NCBI GenBank assembly: GCA_020833025.1
Contig: JAJHRB010000027.1
Span: forward strand, 1-18,382
DNA length: 18,382 nucleotides
Reading direction: 5' to 3'
From: Thermoproteaceae archaeon
GTDB taxonomy: Archaea; Thermoproteota; Thermoprotei; Thermoproteales; Thermoproteaceae
Below the pieces are notes generated by a model. That model did not search any database. It saw nothing but the letters and a program-made list of their open reading frames with translations, and was not told the origin of the DNA. Both the position numbers and the translations under genes were made by a program. How positions within the stretch are numbered: the first letter of the stretch is position 1; every line of letters begins with the position of its first letter. Positions 6,703-13,562 of the stretch are shown piece after piece.

Positions 6703-7187
6703 ACTTGCTGGCGCTCGGCCGCGACCCCATTCTCCGCGACATTCTCGGCTACGTGATATCCCGCGGCCCTGCCACTGCATACCGCATTGCCCGCGAGCTG
6801 AACCTCCATTTCGTGCAGGTCTACAGAAAGATCAGGCAGATGGAGGAGCTGGGCCTTGTGAAGAGGTACTGCTGCGAGAGAAGGGACTTGATAGACGCGA
6901 CAGAGCGCGGCCTTCTTGTGTGTTATCACCACGGCTGTGCGAGCCGGGACCTTATTCTGAACAAGCTTGCAGCGCGCTACAGAGTAGAAAAGCGGTACAT
7001 CAAGGACTTCCTCGACTCCTATCTCAGGCACGCAGAGAGTAAGAATGACCTCCCGATAGATGAGATACCGGTAATGGTGTTTTACGCAGTCTACAGGAGA
7101 GTGGGGGGCGTGGCGCCCCCGCTGGCAGCAATACTCGCGGAGTACGTGGGAGTACCCCCGGCGCCTCACGTGACAGCAAGGGAGTAG
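6696..7187 (+). CDS. Winged helix-turn-helix transcriptional regulator (ArsR/TrmB/MarR-like), 163 aa, with a Cys/His cluster
   Basis: ILGYVISRGPATAYRIARELNLHFVQVYRKIRQMEELGLVKR is a wHTH motif, followed by a T-RGL helix. The N-terminal extension in the 240-aa track ORF covers promoter DNA. Confidence 0.75.
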   Translation: MLNLLALGRDPILRDILGYVISRGPATAYRIARELNLHFVQVYRKIRQMEELGLVKRYCCERRDLIDATERGLLVCYHHGCASRDLILNKLAARYRVEKRYIKDFLDSYLRHAESKNDLPIDEIPVMVFYAVYRRVGGVAPPLAAILAEYVGVPPAPHVTARE

Positions 7188-7243
7188 GTCTCTTTCTTGC
7201 CTGCTAAATAAAAATATATTTTAACCTTCAGACGCGTAGAAAC

Positions 7244-7762
7244 ATGGAGTTATGGCTTGAGATGTGCCAGACGGGTACAATTTTAGACCACCGGTTCGTG
7301 CTCTTCGGCAACTTCCCGTTCAGTTATGCAAAAATTGACAGCAGGGACGGCAGATCCACCATCGCTAGGGTGGAGCGCTGGCGCGACTGCAGCGGTGTGT
7401 CGCGGGAGGTTGCGCTCAGGCTATACCCGTATTACGGGTGGGGGATCATTCCGGTGAGGGCCCTCTTCTTCGTCGAGGAGGCCCAGCCAAAACGTGCAAG
7501 GCGCGTGATCATGGAGGTCCCCTTCGGCATAACAGAGGCGCTCATCAGGAGGCAACTCGCCGGGTATCCGCTGGCCGAGGGCTCAATTGCCATCGAGTAC
7601 CTCGGACACATCGAGTTTGGCGAGGTTGTGCAGGTAGAGCCCCCCATGTCAGTCATGTCAGACAGTACAGAGCTCACACTGAGGGAGAGGCCAGTTGAGG
7701 ACGACGTCGCGCTCTTTGAGATGAGGGGGGAGGCCAGAAAGAGTGAAGGCGAGAGCGGGTAG
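7244..7762 (+). CDS. Stand-alone Cdc48/VAT N-domain-like protein (CDC48_N plus CDC48_2-like, no AAA domain), 172 aa
   Basis: AKI-S-DGRSTIARV, VEEAQPKRARRVI-EVP, LIRRQLAGYPL-EG and EFG-VV-VEP...V-SDSTEL-L-ERP parallel the Cdc48 N-domain pattern. AT-rich promoter at about 7205-7225. Confidence 0.6.
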   Translation: MELWLEMCQTGTILDHRFVLFGNFPFSYAKIDSRDGRSTIARVERWRDCSGVSREVALRLYPYYGWGIIPVRALFFVEEAQPKRARRVIMEVPFGITEALIRRQLAGYPLAEGSIAIEYLGHIEFGEVVQVEPPMSVMSDSTELTLRERPVEDDVALFEMRGEARKSEGESG

Positions 7763-7802
7763 ATGCTGGGGGAGTCGGGCCTTTGCGTCCCCAACTCCGC
7801 GG

Positions 7803-7879
7803 CGCGCCTGCTGGCTCGGTAACGCGCTGACGTCAGGCTCGTCCCCGGCGCGAGATAGAATATAAATACAGCAGGCGCG
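7803..7879. repeat. Perfect 11-bp inverted repeat bracketing the PAC2-gene TATA box, with an internal 10-bp palindrome
   Basis: CGCGCCTGCTG (7803-7813) / CAGCAGGCGCG (7869-7879). CTGACGTCAG at 7827-7836. TATAAAT at 7861-7867, 27 nt before GTG 7888. Confidence 0.55.
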
Positions 7880-7887
7880 GGAGCGTC

Positions 7888-8700
7888 GTGCGTCTCGAGG
7901 TCAAGATAAGCGGCCTCCCGCGCGACAGGAAGAACATACTCGTAGTGTCGTGCCCCGAGCCGTCGCTGGCAGGCGTCGTGGCGGTGGAGTACTTGGTGGA
8001 CACGCTGGCGATGGAAGAAATCGGCGCCATAAAGATAGCCGAGATGCCGCCCGTGATTGCCGTCATAGACGGCGCGGCCAAGCTGCCGTACAGGATTTTC
8101 TACTCAAGGCAGGCTGGCGTGGTCGCGATCAGGCAGCACGTGCCGGTCCCGCCGCACGTCTACTCTGAGTTCATAAACAAGCTGCTTGACTGGGCCGAGG
8201 AGAACAAGGTGAGGACGGCCGTGTGCCTCTCTGCCGTCCCTGCGGTTGGCGAGAGGGAGGGCGACAAGGTCTACTTCGTCACTGAGGAGGGCCTCGTTGA
8301 GAGGTTCAAGCAGTACGGCTTCGAGCCCATCAGGGAGGCGACGGTGACCGGGCTCGAGGGGGCGTTCCTAGACGCAGTTCTCGGCAGGAGCGTCGACGGC
8401 GCGCTGCTGGTCGCCGAGTCTAAACTCCTCACGGCCATCAAGCGGCTGACTGACAGCGGCAAGATCGCGACGCACAGGGACGTGATGCTGATACTGAACG
8501 ACCTGATAGGCCGCGTGGGGCCCGACGTCGGCGCCGCGCTCAAGCTGGTCAACGCGGTGGCGAGGCTTGCAGAGATTCAGGTGGACACCTCAAGGCTGCA
8601 GGACCACGCGTCGAAGTACGCGTTCCTGATAGAGAAGAACGTGGAGGCGCTGCTGAGGCCGGCGGCAAGGGCAGAAAAAGAGGTCCCGGTTGTGTTCTAG
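7888..8700 (+). CDS. PAC2 family (proteasome assembly chaperone PbaA/PbaB-like) protein, 270 aa
   Basis: LVV-CP-PSLAG-VA-EYLVD-L-MEEIG-I...PPV..V-DG...P-RIF, LLDWAEE-V, G-ITG-EG-L and PD-GAA-L are PAC2 patterns. Confidence 0.8.
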   Translation: MRLEVKISGLPRDRKNILVVSCPEPSLAGVVAVEYLVDTLAMEEIGAIKIAEMPPVIAVIDGAAKLPYRIFYSRQAGVVAIRQHVPVPPHVYSEFINKLLDWAEENKVRTAVCLSAVPAVGEREGDKVYFVTEEGLVERFKQYGFEPIREATVTGLEGAFLDAVLGRSVDGALLVAESKLLTAIKRLTDSGKIATHRDVMLILNDLIGRVGPDVGAALKLVNAVARLAEIQVDTSRLQDHASKYAFLIEKNVEALLRPAARAEKEVPVVF

Positions 8701-8707
8701 GGGCCGG

Positions 8708-10174
8708 CTACCTGCAGGAGCCCTGAGGCGCTGCGTACGCGTCGATATACAGCGAGCCGATCCTCGTGCTGTAGGGGCCCACCGTGAACTCCTCCGGCGT
8801 CACGTAGTACCTGGCGAACACGTCGTAGACGCCTGCAACGTTATCTGCCAGCTTTACCATCCCGAGCAGCACTATAAGTTCTAATTTGTCCGCGCCCACG
8901 CCGGCCGTCAGGGTCACGTCGAGGAGCCCCGCGACGGGCTCCGGCAGCGGAATGCCGATGGCGAACAGGTTCGTCCCGCTGACGCTTGAGACAACGTAAG
9001 TGGTGTTCGCACGGGCGTAGTAATCGCCGCATGTGGTTTTATAACTCCAGCGCGCGGCCGCGGACTTGAAGAACTTGCTGGGCCCCTTATCGTCGTATAT
9101 GCCGTCATCGGCCTCCTTGTACGCGACCATCTTGCCGCTGCTTAGCACGGGCTTCATCAGGTAGATGTCGGCAACGTAGCCCGTCTCTTCCTCGTAGCCG
9201 GAGGGCCAGTGCACCTCCACCTCCTTGTACCTCGCGGCCGCCCAGTCGCCGTAAAAGCCGAAGGCCAGTATAACGGGCTGCACCGGGTAGTCATAGCCGA
9301 GCAGCAGATGCATGCTGTCATTCAGGTACACGCCCACGTCGTAGAGCTTGTAGACCCAGATGTCCCCGCTGTACTCCGGCGGCCCTGTGCCGAGGTACCT
9401 AACAGCGCCGCTCCCCCTGATGTAGAGATACTTGTTGGCCTCGAGGCGGAGGTACGCCCATGCGTGTAGGCGGTTCACCTTGTCGTAGTCCTGCGCCACC
9501 CTGATTGCCACGAGCGGTATGCCGACGTTCTGCTCCGAGCCGTATATCCTGTCGAGCCTCCAGTAGTAGCAGATCACGTCGTAGGTGCTGTAGTCAACAT
9601 AGCAGTACTCGCTTATTGAGGGCTCAGGCCACTCAAGCCTCGCCGGCGCCATCGACATCGAGCCTGCCCTCTCCTGCCGCGGCGCTCCTCTGCTCTTAAC
9701 CCTCATCGTGACCCTCACCGCGTCCCTCCTCAGGGCCTCCCTCGGGTCGACGGTGAAGCCAGCCGCGCTTCTCGCCAGCGCAGGCCTGCCGCTCCTGTCT
9801 GTGCCGCTCACGTACGTGATGAAGGCGATCACGCCGACCTCTCCCGGCACTCCCGCGAAGTGCCTCAAGTACTCGTCGAGGGAGCTCTTGTCCATGCTGA
9901 CGGCGCCCTCTCCGCACCTCCAGCCGATTTGCGCGAAAGAGCCGTTCGGCAGCCAGCCGTAGAGAGTCGCGCAGAAGACAACGGGGCGCCCGGTCTCGTT
10001 GACAACCTCAAGCTGAAGCGCTCTCTGGAGGCCGGAATAGTAGGCGACGGAGTAGGCGGGGCCCTGCGAGACGACGGGCCGCGCGCAGAGGGCAAGTGCG
10101 GCGAGGGTCAGGGCCGCGGCGGCGGCGACGATCGCCGCGTATTTAGCCACCGCGCCGAGCCTCGGCGCAGCCAT
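8708..10174 (-). CDS. Secreted or N-terminally anchored Tyr-rich, beta-rich protein of unknown function, 488 aa
   Basis: N-terminal hydrophobic segment (YAAIVAAAAALTLAALALC), four N-glycosylation sequons (NET, NGS, NDS, NTT), six Cys after the signal region, and no C-terminal TM. Confidence 0.75.
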   Translation of the reverse strand: MAAPRLGAVAKYAAIVAAAAALTLAALALCARPVVSQGPAYSVAYYSGLQRALQLEVVNETGRPVVFCATLYGWLPNGSFAQIGWRCGEGAVSMDKSSLDEYLRHFAGVPGEVGVIAFITYVSGTDRSGRPALARSAAGFTVDPREALRRDAVRVTMRVKSRGAPRQERAGSMSMAPARLEWPEPSISEYCYVDYSTYDVICYYWRLDRIYGSEQNVGIPLVAIRVAQDYDKVNRLHAWAYLRLEANKYLYIRGSGAVRYLGTGPPEYSGDIWVYKLYDVGVYLNDSMHLLLGYDYPVQPVILAFGFYGDWAAARYKEVEVHWPSGYEEETGYVADIYLMKPVLSSGKMVAYKEADDGIYDDKGPSKFFKSAAARWSYKTTCGDYYARANTTYVVSSVSGTNLFAIGIPLPEPVAGLLDVTLTAGVGADKLELIVLLGMVKLADNVAGVYDVFARYYVTPEEFTVGPYSTRIGSLYIDAYAAPQGSCR

Positions 10175-10257
10175 GGAGGCGGGAAGCTCCCGGCTTTTTT
10201 TTCTCCCGAGCTCTGCCGGCGCGCCAAATGCTTTAAAGGCCGGGCGGGGCTGGCGGC

Positions 10258-10797
10258 GTGCCGAGCTGGAGGGAGCTCGTGCTGGTCAAGGGGCACCCGA
10301 TGCAGAGAATTTACATAGAGAAGGTAGTGGTCAACATCGGCGTGGGGGCCAGCGGCGAGAGGCTGGAGAGGGCCGCCACGGTGCTCAAGCAGCTGACTGG
10401 GCGGGAGCCGTCTCAGAGGCGGGCCAAGAAGACAATAAAGGAGTTCGGCATAAAGCGGGGGGAGCCAATAGGCGTTGCCGTGACGCTGAGGAGGGACAGG
10501 GCTGTAGAGTTCCTCACGAGGGCGCTGCAAGCGGTGAACTTCAAGCTGAAGCGCACGTGCTTCAGCGACGGGGGGACTGTGTGCTTCGGCATAAAGGAGC
10601 ACATAATGATACCAGGGGTGAAGTACGACCCCGCGCTCGGGATCTGGGGCATGGACGTCTGCGTCAGGCTGGCAAAGCCGGGGCTCAGGGTGCAGTACAG
10701 GCGGCGCAGGAGGAGCAAGGCCGGCAGGGGGCAGCTCGTCACTAAGGAGGAGGCGGTGGCGTTCTTCCAGAGAATTCTCGGCGTTCAGGTCGAGTAA
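10258..10797 (+). CDS. rpl5: 50S ribosomal protein uL5, 179 aa
   Basis: HPMQRIYIEKVVVNIGVG-SGERL, FGIKRGEPIGVAVTLR, FGIKEH, PGVKYDP-GIWGMDV and PG-RV-YRRRRRSK. TTTAAA (10232) lies 26 nt before the GTG. Confidence 0.97.
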   Translation: MPSWRELVLVKGHPMQRIYIEKVVVNIGVGASGERLERAATVLKQLTGREPSQRRAKKTIKEFGIKRGEPIGVAVTLRRDRAVEFLTRALQAVNFKLKRTCFSDGGTVCFGIKEHIMIPGVKYDPALGIWGMDVCVRLAKPGLRVQYRRRRRSKAGRGQLVTKEEAVAFFQRILGVQVE

Positions 10798-10800
10798 GCG

Positions 10801-11427
10801 CTAGCGCGCCGGCAGAGCGCCGTGGAGCGTGCTCACGCCGAAGTACGCCAGCACAGCCGCCATTGCCGCCAGGAACGCGGCGTATCCCCTCGCCGAGAGG
10901 GCCCTCCTCGCGGAGCTCCCCAGCAGCGCCATGAGGGACAGCCACAAGTAATCCACCCAGACGTGAGCTGCGTAAACTGCCGCGAACACGTGGGGCGGGC
11001 ACGCGCCGAGTCTCGCCACCAGTGGCAGCGCGACGCTGGCCCACCACAGCAGGAAGTACGGGTTTAGCGCGGTGAGAGCGAGGCCGGCGAGGAAGGGGCC
11101 TAGAGCTCCAGGCTGGCCGCCGGGAATCACGCCGGCCCCCCGCAGCACGCGCACCGCGTCCCTGACGAGCAGGCAGGCGAAGAGGAAGATGGCGGCTGAC
11201 GCCGCGAGCGACAGCGGGATTCTAAGCCTCCCCACGTCCAGCGCTGCAAGGGCGTAGGAGAGCGCCATGACATACGGCAGCTCGAACGCAGCGTGTCCCG
11301 TCGCCACGGCAAGGCCGGCCCTCCACCCACGCGACGACCCCAGTGCCACGGCAGCCGCTGTGAGCGGGCCCGGGGAGAGGGCGCCAGACGGCGTTATCAC
11401 CAGCACGAGCGCGAGCAGGTCGAGCAT
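10801..11427 (-). CDS. LysE/RhtB family translocator, 208 aa
   Basis: SGALSPGPL...G...GWRAG...GH-FE and G-LT-LNPYFLLWW motifs, with multiple TM helices. ATG 11427 was chosen by TATA spacing. Confidence 0.85.
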   Translation of the reverse strand: MLDLLALVLVITPSGALSPGPLTAAAVALGSSRGWRAGLAVATGHAAFELPYVMALSYALAALDVGRLRIPLSLAASAAIFLFACLLVRDAVRVLRGAGVIPGGQPGALGPFLAGLALTALNPYFLLWWASVALPLVARLGACPPHVFAAVYAAHVWVDYLWLSLMALLGSSARRALSARGYAAFLAAMAAVLAYFGVSTLHGALPAR

Positions 11428-11460
11428 GAGCACAAATTAGTGCGGCACAATTAACGGTCA
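11428..11460. promoter_or_regulatory. 33-nt divergent promoter region lysE/nitrilase with a CGCAC-N6-GTGC palindrome (11444-11430)
   Basis: TTAATT (minus, from 11454) is 27 nt before the lysE ATG. Direct repeat GCACAA(A)TTA at 11430 and 11445. Confidence 0.55.
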
Positions 11461-12258
11461 ATGCCGCAGTTGAGGCTCGGAGTGGTGCAGGTACAGCCCG
11501 GCGCGCTGGAGCGCGTCCCGGAGCTCGTGGGGAGGTCAGAGCCCGACTTGCTGCTCCTGCCCGAGTACTCTACGTTTGACCCCACGGGGCTCCCGGCAGA
11601 TGATGTCTGGAGGCGGGCCACCACGGTGGAGGATTTCGCCGAGAGGCTGGCGCGCCTGGCGTCAGAGAGGGGGGCTCACGTTGCCGGCGGGTTCCTCGAG
11701 AGGGGGCCGAGGCCGAGAGTCTACAGCACTGCAATAGTCGTCGCGCCGGACGGGAGAGTCGTCGGCGCGTACAGGAAGACGCACTTGTTCGACGCGTACG
11801 GCTTCAGGGAGTCAGAATTCGCCGAGCCGGGCTCCGAGCTGTCGCAGGTGCTCGACATCAGGGGCGTGAGGGTTGCGCTCGCCGTGTGCTTCGAGCTGAG
11901 ATTTCCCGAGGTCTTCAGGGAGCTCGCCCTGGCGGGCGCCGAGCTCGCCGCGGTACCCGCGGCGTGGTACGCCGGGCCCCTCAAGGAGGAGGCCCTCCGC
12001 GTGCTGGCGAGGGCCCGCGCGGTGGAGAACGGGATGTTCGTCGCGGTCTCAGCGCTTTACGGCCAGCGGTTCACGGGCAGGTCTCTCGTCGTCGACCCGC
12101 TGGGCGTCGTGGTGGCAGATCTCGGCGTAGGGGAGAGGTACGCAGAGGTGCTCGTCGACACGAGCATGGTCAGCGAGGCGAGGAGGCTCGTGCCGTCCCT
12201 GCAGCTCAGGAGGCCAGAGCTGTACAGAAGGCTGTGCGGCGACGGCCGGCGCGACTAG
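11461..12258 (+). CDS. Carbon-nitrogen hydrolase (nitrilase superfamily, Nit-like amidase), 265 aa
   Basis: Catalytic triad motifs LPEY (Glu), YRKTHLFD (Lys) and VCFELRFPE (Cys), plus ARAVEN and G-S-VVDP-G. Confidence 0.93.
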   Translation: MPQLRLGVVQVQPGALERVPELVGRSEPDLLLLPEYSTFDPTGLPADDVWRRATTVEDFAERLARLASERGAHVAGGFLERGPRPRVYSTAIVVAPDGRVVGAYRKTHLFDAYGFRESEFAEPGSELSQVLDIRGVRVALAVCFELRFPEVFRELALAGAELAAVPAAWYAGPLKEEALRVLARARAVENGMFVAVSALYGQRFTGRSLVVDPLGVVVADLGVGERYAEVLVDTSMVSEARRLVPSLQLRRPELYRRLCGDGRRD

Positions 12259-13181
12259 CCTATCTCGCTGCGCAGCCTTGCCGCCAGCTCGTAGAGCTTC
12301 CTGAACGCCGCGGGGCGCGGCGTGCAGTCAACTGATTTCATCACGACGAAGGCATTCACCAGCGCCCTGTACTCAAAGCTCATCCTTATCCTCTCGTAAA
12401 AGCCGTCGAGGGCGGGAAACCCGTGGGCCCTGAGGAATTCGTAGAGCCCCTCGAGCTCGCCGCTCCTCGGCTTGGACCTGCCGAAGTTTACATTCCGGTC
12501 GGTGACGTGCCGCTCCCCGCCGCACGGCAGCAGAACCTTGCCGTACGCCGCCTTGAGCCTCCACGTCGCGCTGTCCGTGCTGTGGACTCCCAGGGCTGCC
12601 AGCACGGGCGTGACGGCCGGGCTGCCCATTCCCAGCACGTGGACCGGCCCCCCGAACTCCTCGACGGCGAGCCTTATGAACGAGATTGCCAGCTCCCTCG
12701 ACCCCCGCGGCGCGCCGCGCGATGTCAGCACGTAGGGCACGGCGGCGCCTATTGCGAGCGACGGCGCGCCGCCGTAAAGCCTCAGGAACCTCTCGAAGAG
12801 TGACTGGTCCCTGTACACGTGCAGGACGGGAACTACGGAGTCGCCGAGCGCCCTCCTCATCCTGACCCAGTTCTCGTAAGACTTCCTCATCTTCCTCTCG
12901 GCGGCGTCGGGGGGGTCGCCCGGCGACGGCGGCACGTCAAGCGAGAAGTAAAGCTGCGCGTCAACGCGCCTGTATATCTCGACGAGCCTGTCCACGTTAA
13001 TCGAGAGCCCGCGCTTGAGTATCTGGTAGCCGCCGGAGTCCATCCAGAGCTCGCCCTCGTACCCCAGCACTGCCCTGGGGTCCCGCTTTATCTCAAGCGC
13101 GTTCACCATGACGGCAGGGACGTCGAAGTAGAGCCAGGGTCTCGGCGACGCCGCGAGCGGCGTGCCGAGCGCGACTATCAC
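12255..13181 (-). CDS. TGT-fold (tRNA-guanine transglycosylase superfamily) protein with DpdA-like motifs, 308 aa
   Basis: WMDSGGYQ, SLDVPP, VVPVLH, AIGAAVP, VHVLGMG and STDSATWRLKAAYG motifs. No CxCxxC Zn motif and no PUA domain. Confidence 0.75.
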   Translation of the reverse strand: MIVALGTPLAASPRPWLYFDVPAVMVNALEIKRDPRAVLGYEGELWMDSGGYQILKRGLSINVDRLVEIYRRVDAQLYFSLDVPPSPGDPPDAAERKMRKSYENWVRMRRALGDSVVPVLHVYRDQSLFERFLRLYGGAPSLAIGAAVPYVLTSRGAPRGSRELAISFIRLAVEEFGGPVHVLGMGSPAVTPVLAALGVHSTDSATWRLKAAYGKVLLPCGGERHVTDRNVNFGRSKPRSGELEGLYEFLRAHGFPALDGFYERIRMSFEYRALVNAFVVMKSVDCTPRPAAFRKLYELAARLRSEIG

Positions 13182-13209
13182 CGCACATCTTGTGCGATGA
13201 CCATATAAA
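13178..13209 (-). promoter_or_regulatory. Promoter of the TGT-like gene: TATA TTTATAT (13209-13203) plus a 23-bp operator-like palindrome (13178-13200)
   Basis: TCA-c-CGCACA-tct-TGTGCG-a-TGA, with arms matching 9/10, overlaps the GTG start. Confidence 0.65.
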
Positions 13210-13227
13210 CTGGTTCCCGGGGGCAGG

Positions 13228-13233
13228 AAAAAA
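13228..13233 (-). terminator. Putative T6 terminator after the DUF5320-like gene
   Basis: TTTTTT on the minus strand about 30 nt after the stop codon. Confidence 0.35.
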
Positions 13234-13264
13234 GAGCGAAATTTGTCCAGGGCGCGGGCCGCTG

Positions 13265-13534
13265 CTATGCTTCCTTCTTCCCTCTCAACTCCTCCATCCG
13301 CTTGTCAATTTCCTTCAGCACGACGTCGGAAATATACTTCCGCAGCTCTTCCAAGTACTTCAGCTCCTCCTCCTTGCTCCACCCCGGCGGGGACCGGCGG
13401 AGCCACCAGAGCCAGCGGCACCGCCCTGGCTGCCATCCGGGCCTGGCTGGCGGCGGCAGGTGGCTCCACGGCCCGTGCCCTGGATACGGCCCGTGCCAGC
13501 CCCAGCGATGCCACCACTTCCACCACGGCGGCAT
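13265..13534 (-). CDS. DUF5320-like protein, 89 aa (Trp/Pro/Gly/His-rich N-terminus plus C-terminal coiled coil)
   Basis: MPPWWKWWHRWGW... low-complexity head and an EEELKYLEELRK...KEIDKRMEEL tail. Adjacent to DUF134. ATG lies 27-28 nt after TTAATAA. Confidence 0.7.
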   Translation of the reverse strand: MPPWWKWWHRWGWHGPYPGHGPWSHLPPPARPGWQPGRCRWLWWLRRSPPGWSKEEELKYLEELRKYISDVVLKEIDKRMEELRGKKEA

Positions 13535-13537
13535 GTC

Positions 13538-13562
13538 TGAAACATGTTTCACTGATTATTAA
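13538..13562 (-). promoter_or_regulatory. DUF5320 promoter: TTAATAA (13562-13556) plus the perfect 14-bp palindrome TGAAACATGTTTCA (13538-13551)
   Basis: Seen directly. The palindrome lies between TATA and ATG and contains the DUF134 stop codon. Confidence 0.7.

Noticed and set aside
10085-10174. Lipoprotein signal in the 488-aa protein (LALC)
   Set aside because: The -1 residue is Leu rather than Gly/Ala/Ser, so it is a poor lipobox.
10258-10797. rpl5 outside the spc-like ribosomal operon as an anomaly
   Set aside because: Scattered ribosomal protein genes are typical of Thermoproteaceae. It was used only as taxonomic evidence.
12255-13181. Canonical archaeosine tRNA-guanine transglycosylase (tgtA)
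   Set aside because: It lacks the QGG motif, the Zn site and the C-terminal/PUA domains, so no gene symbol was assigned.
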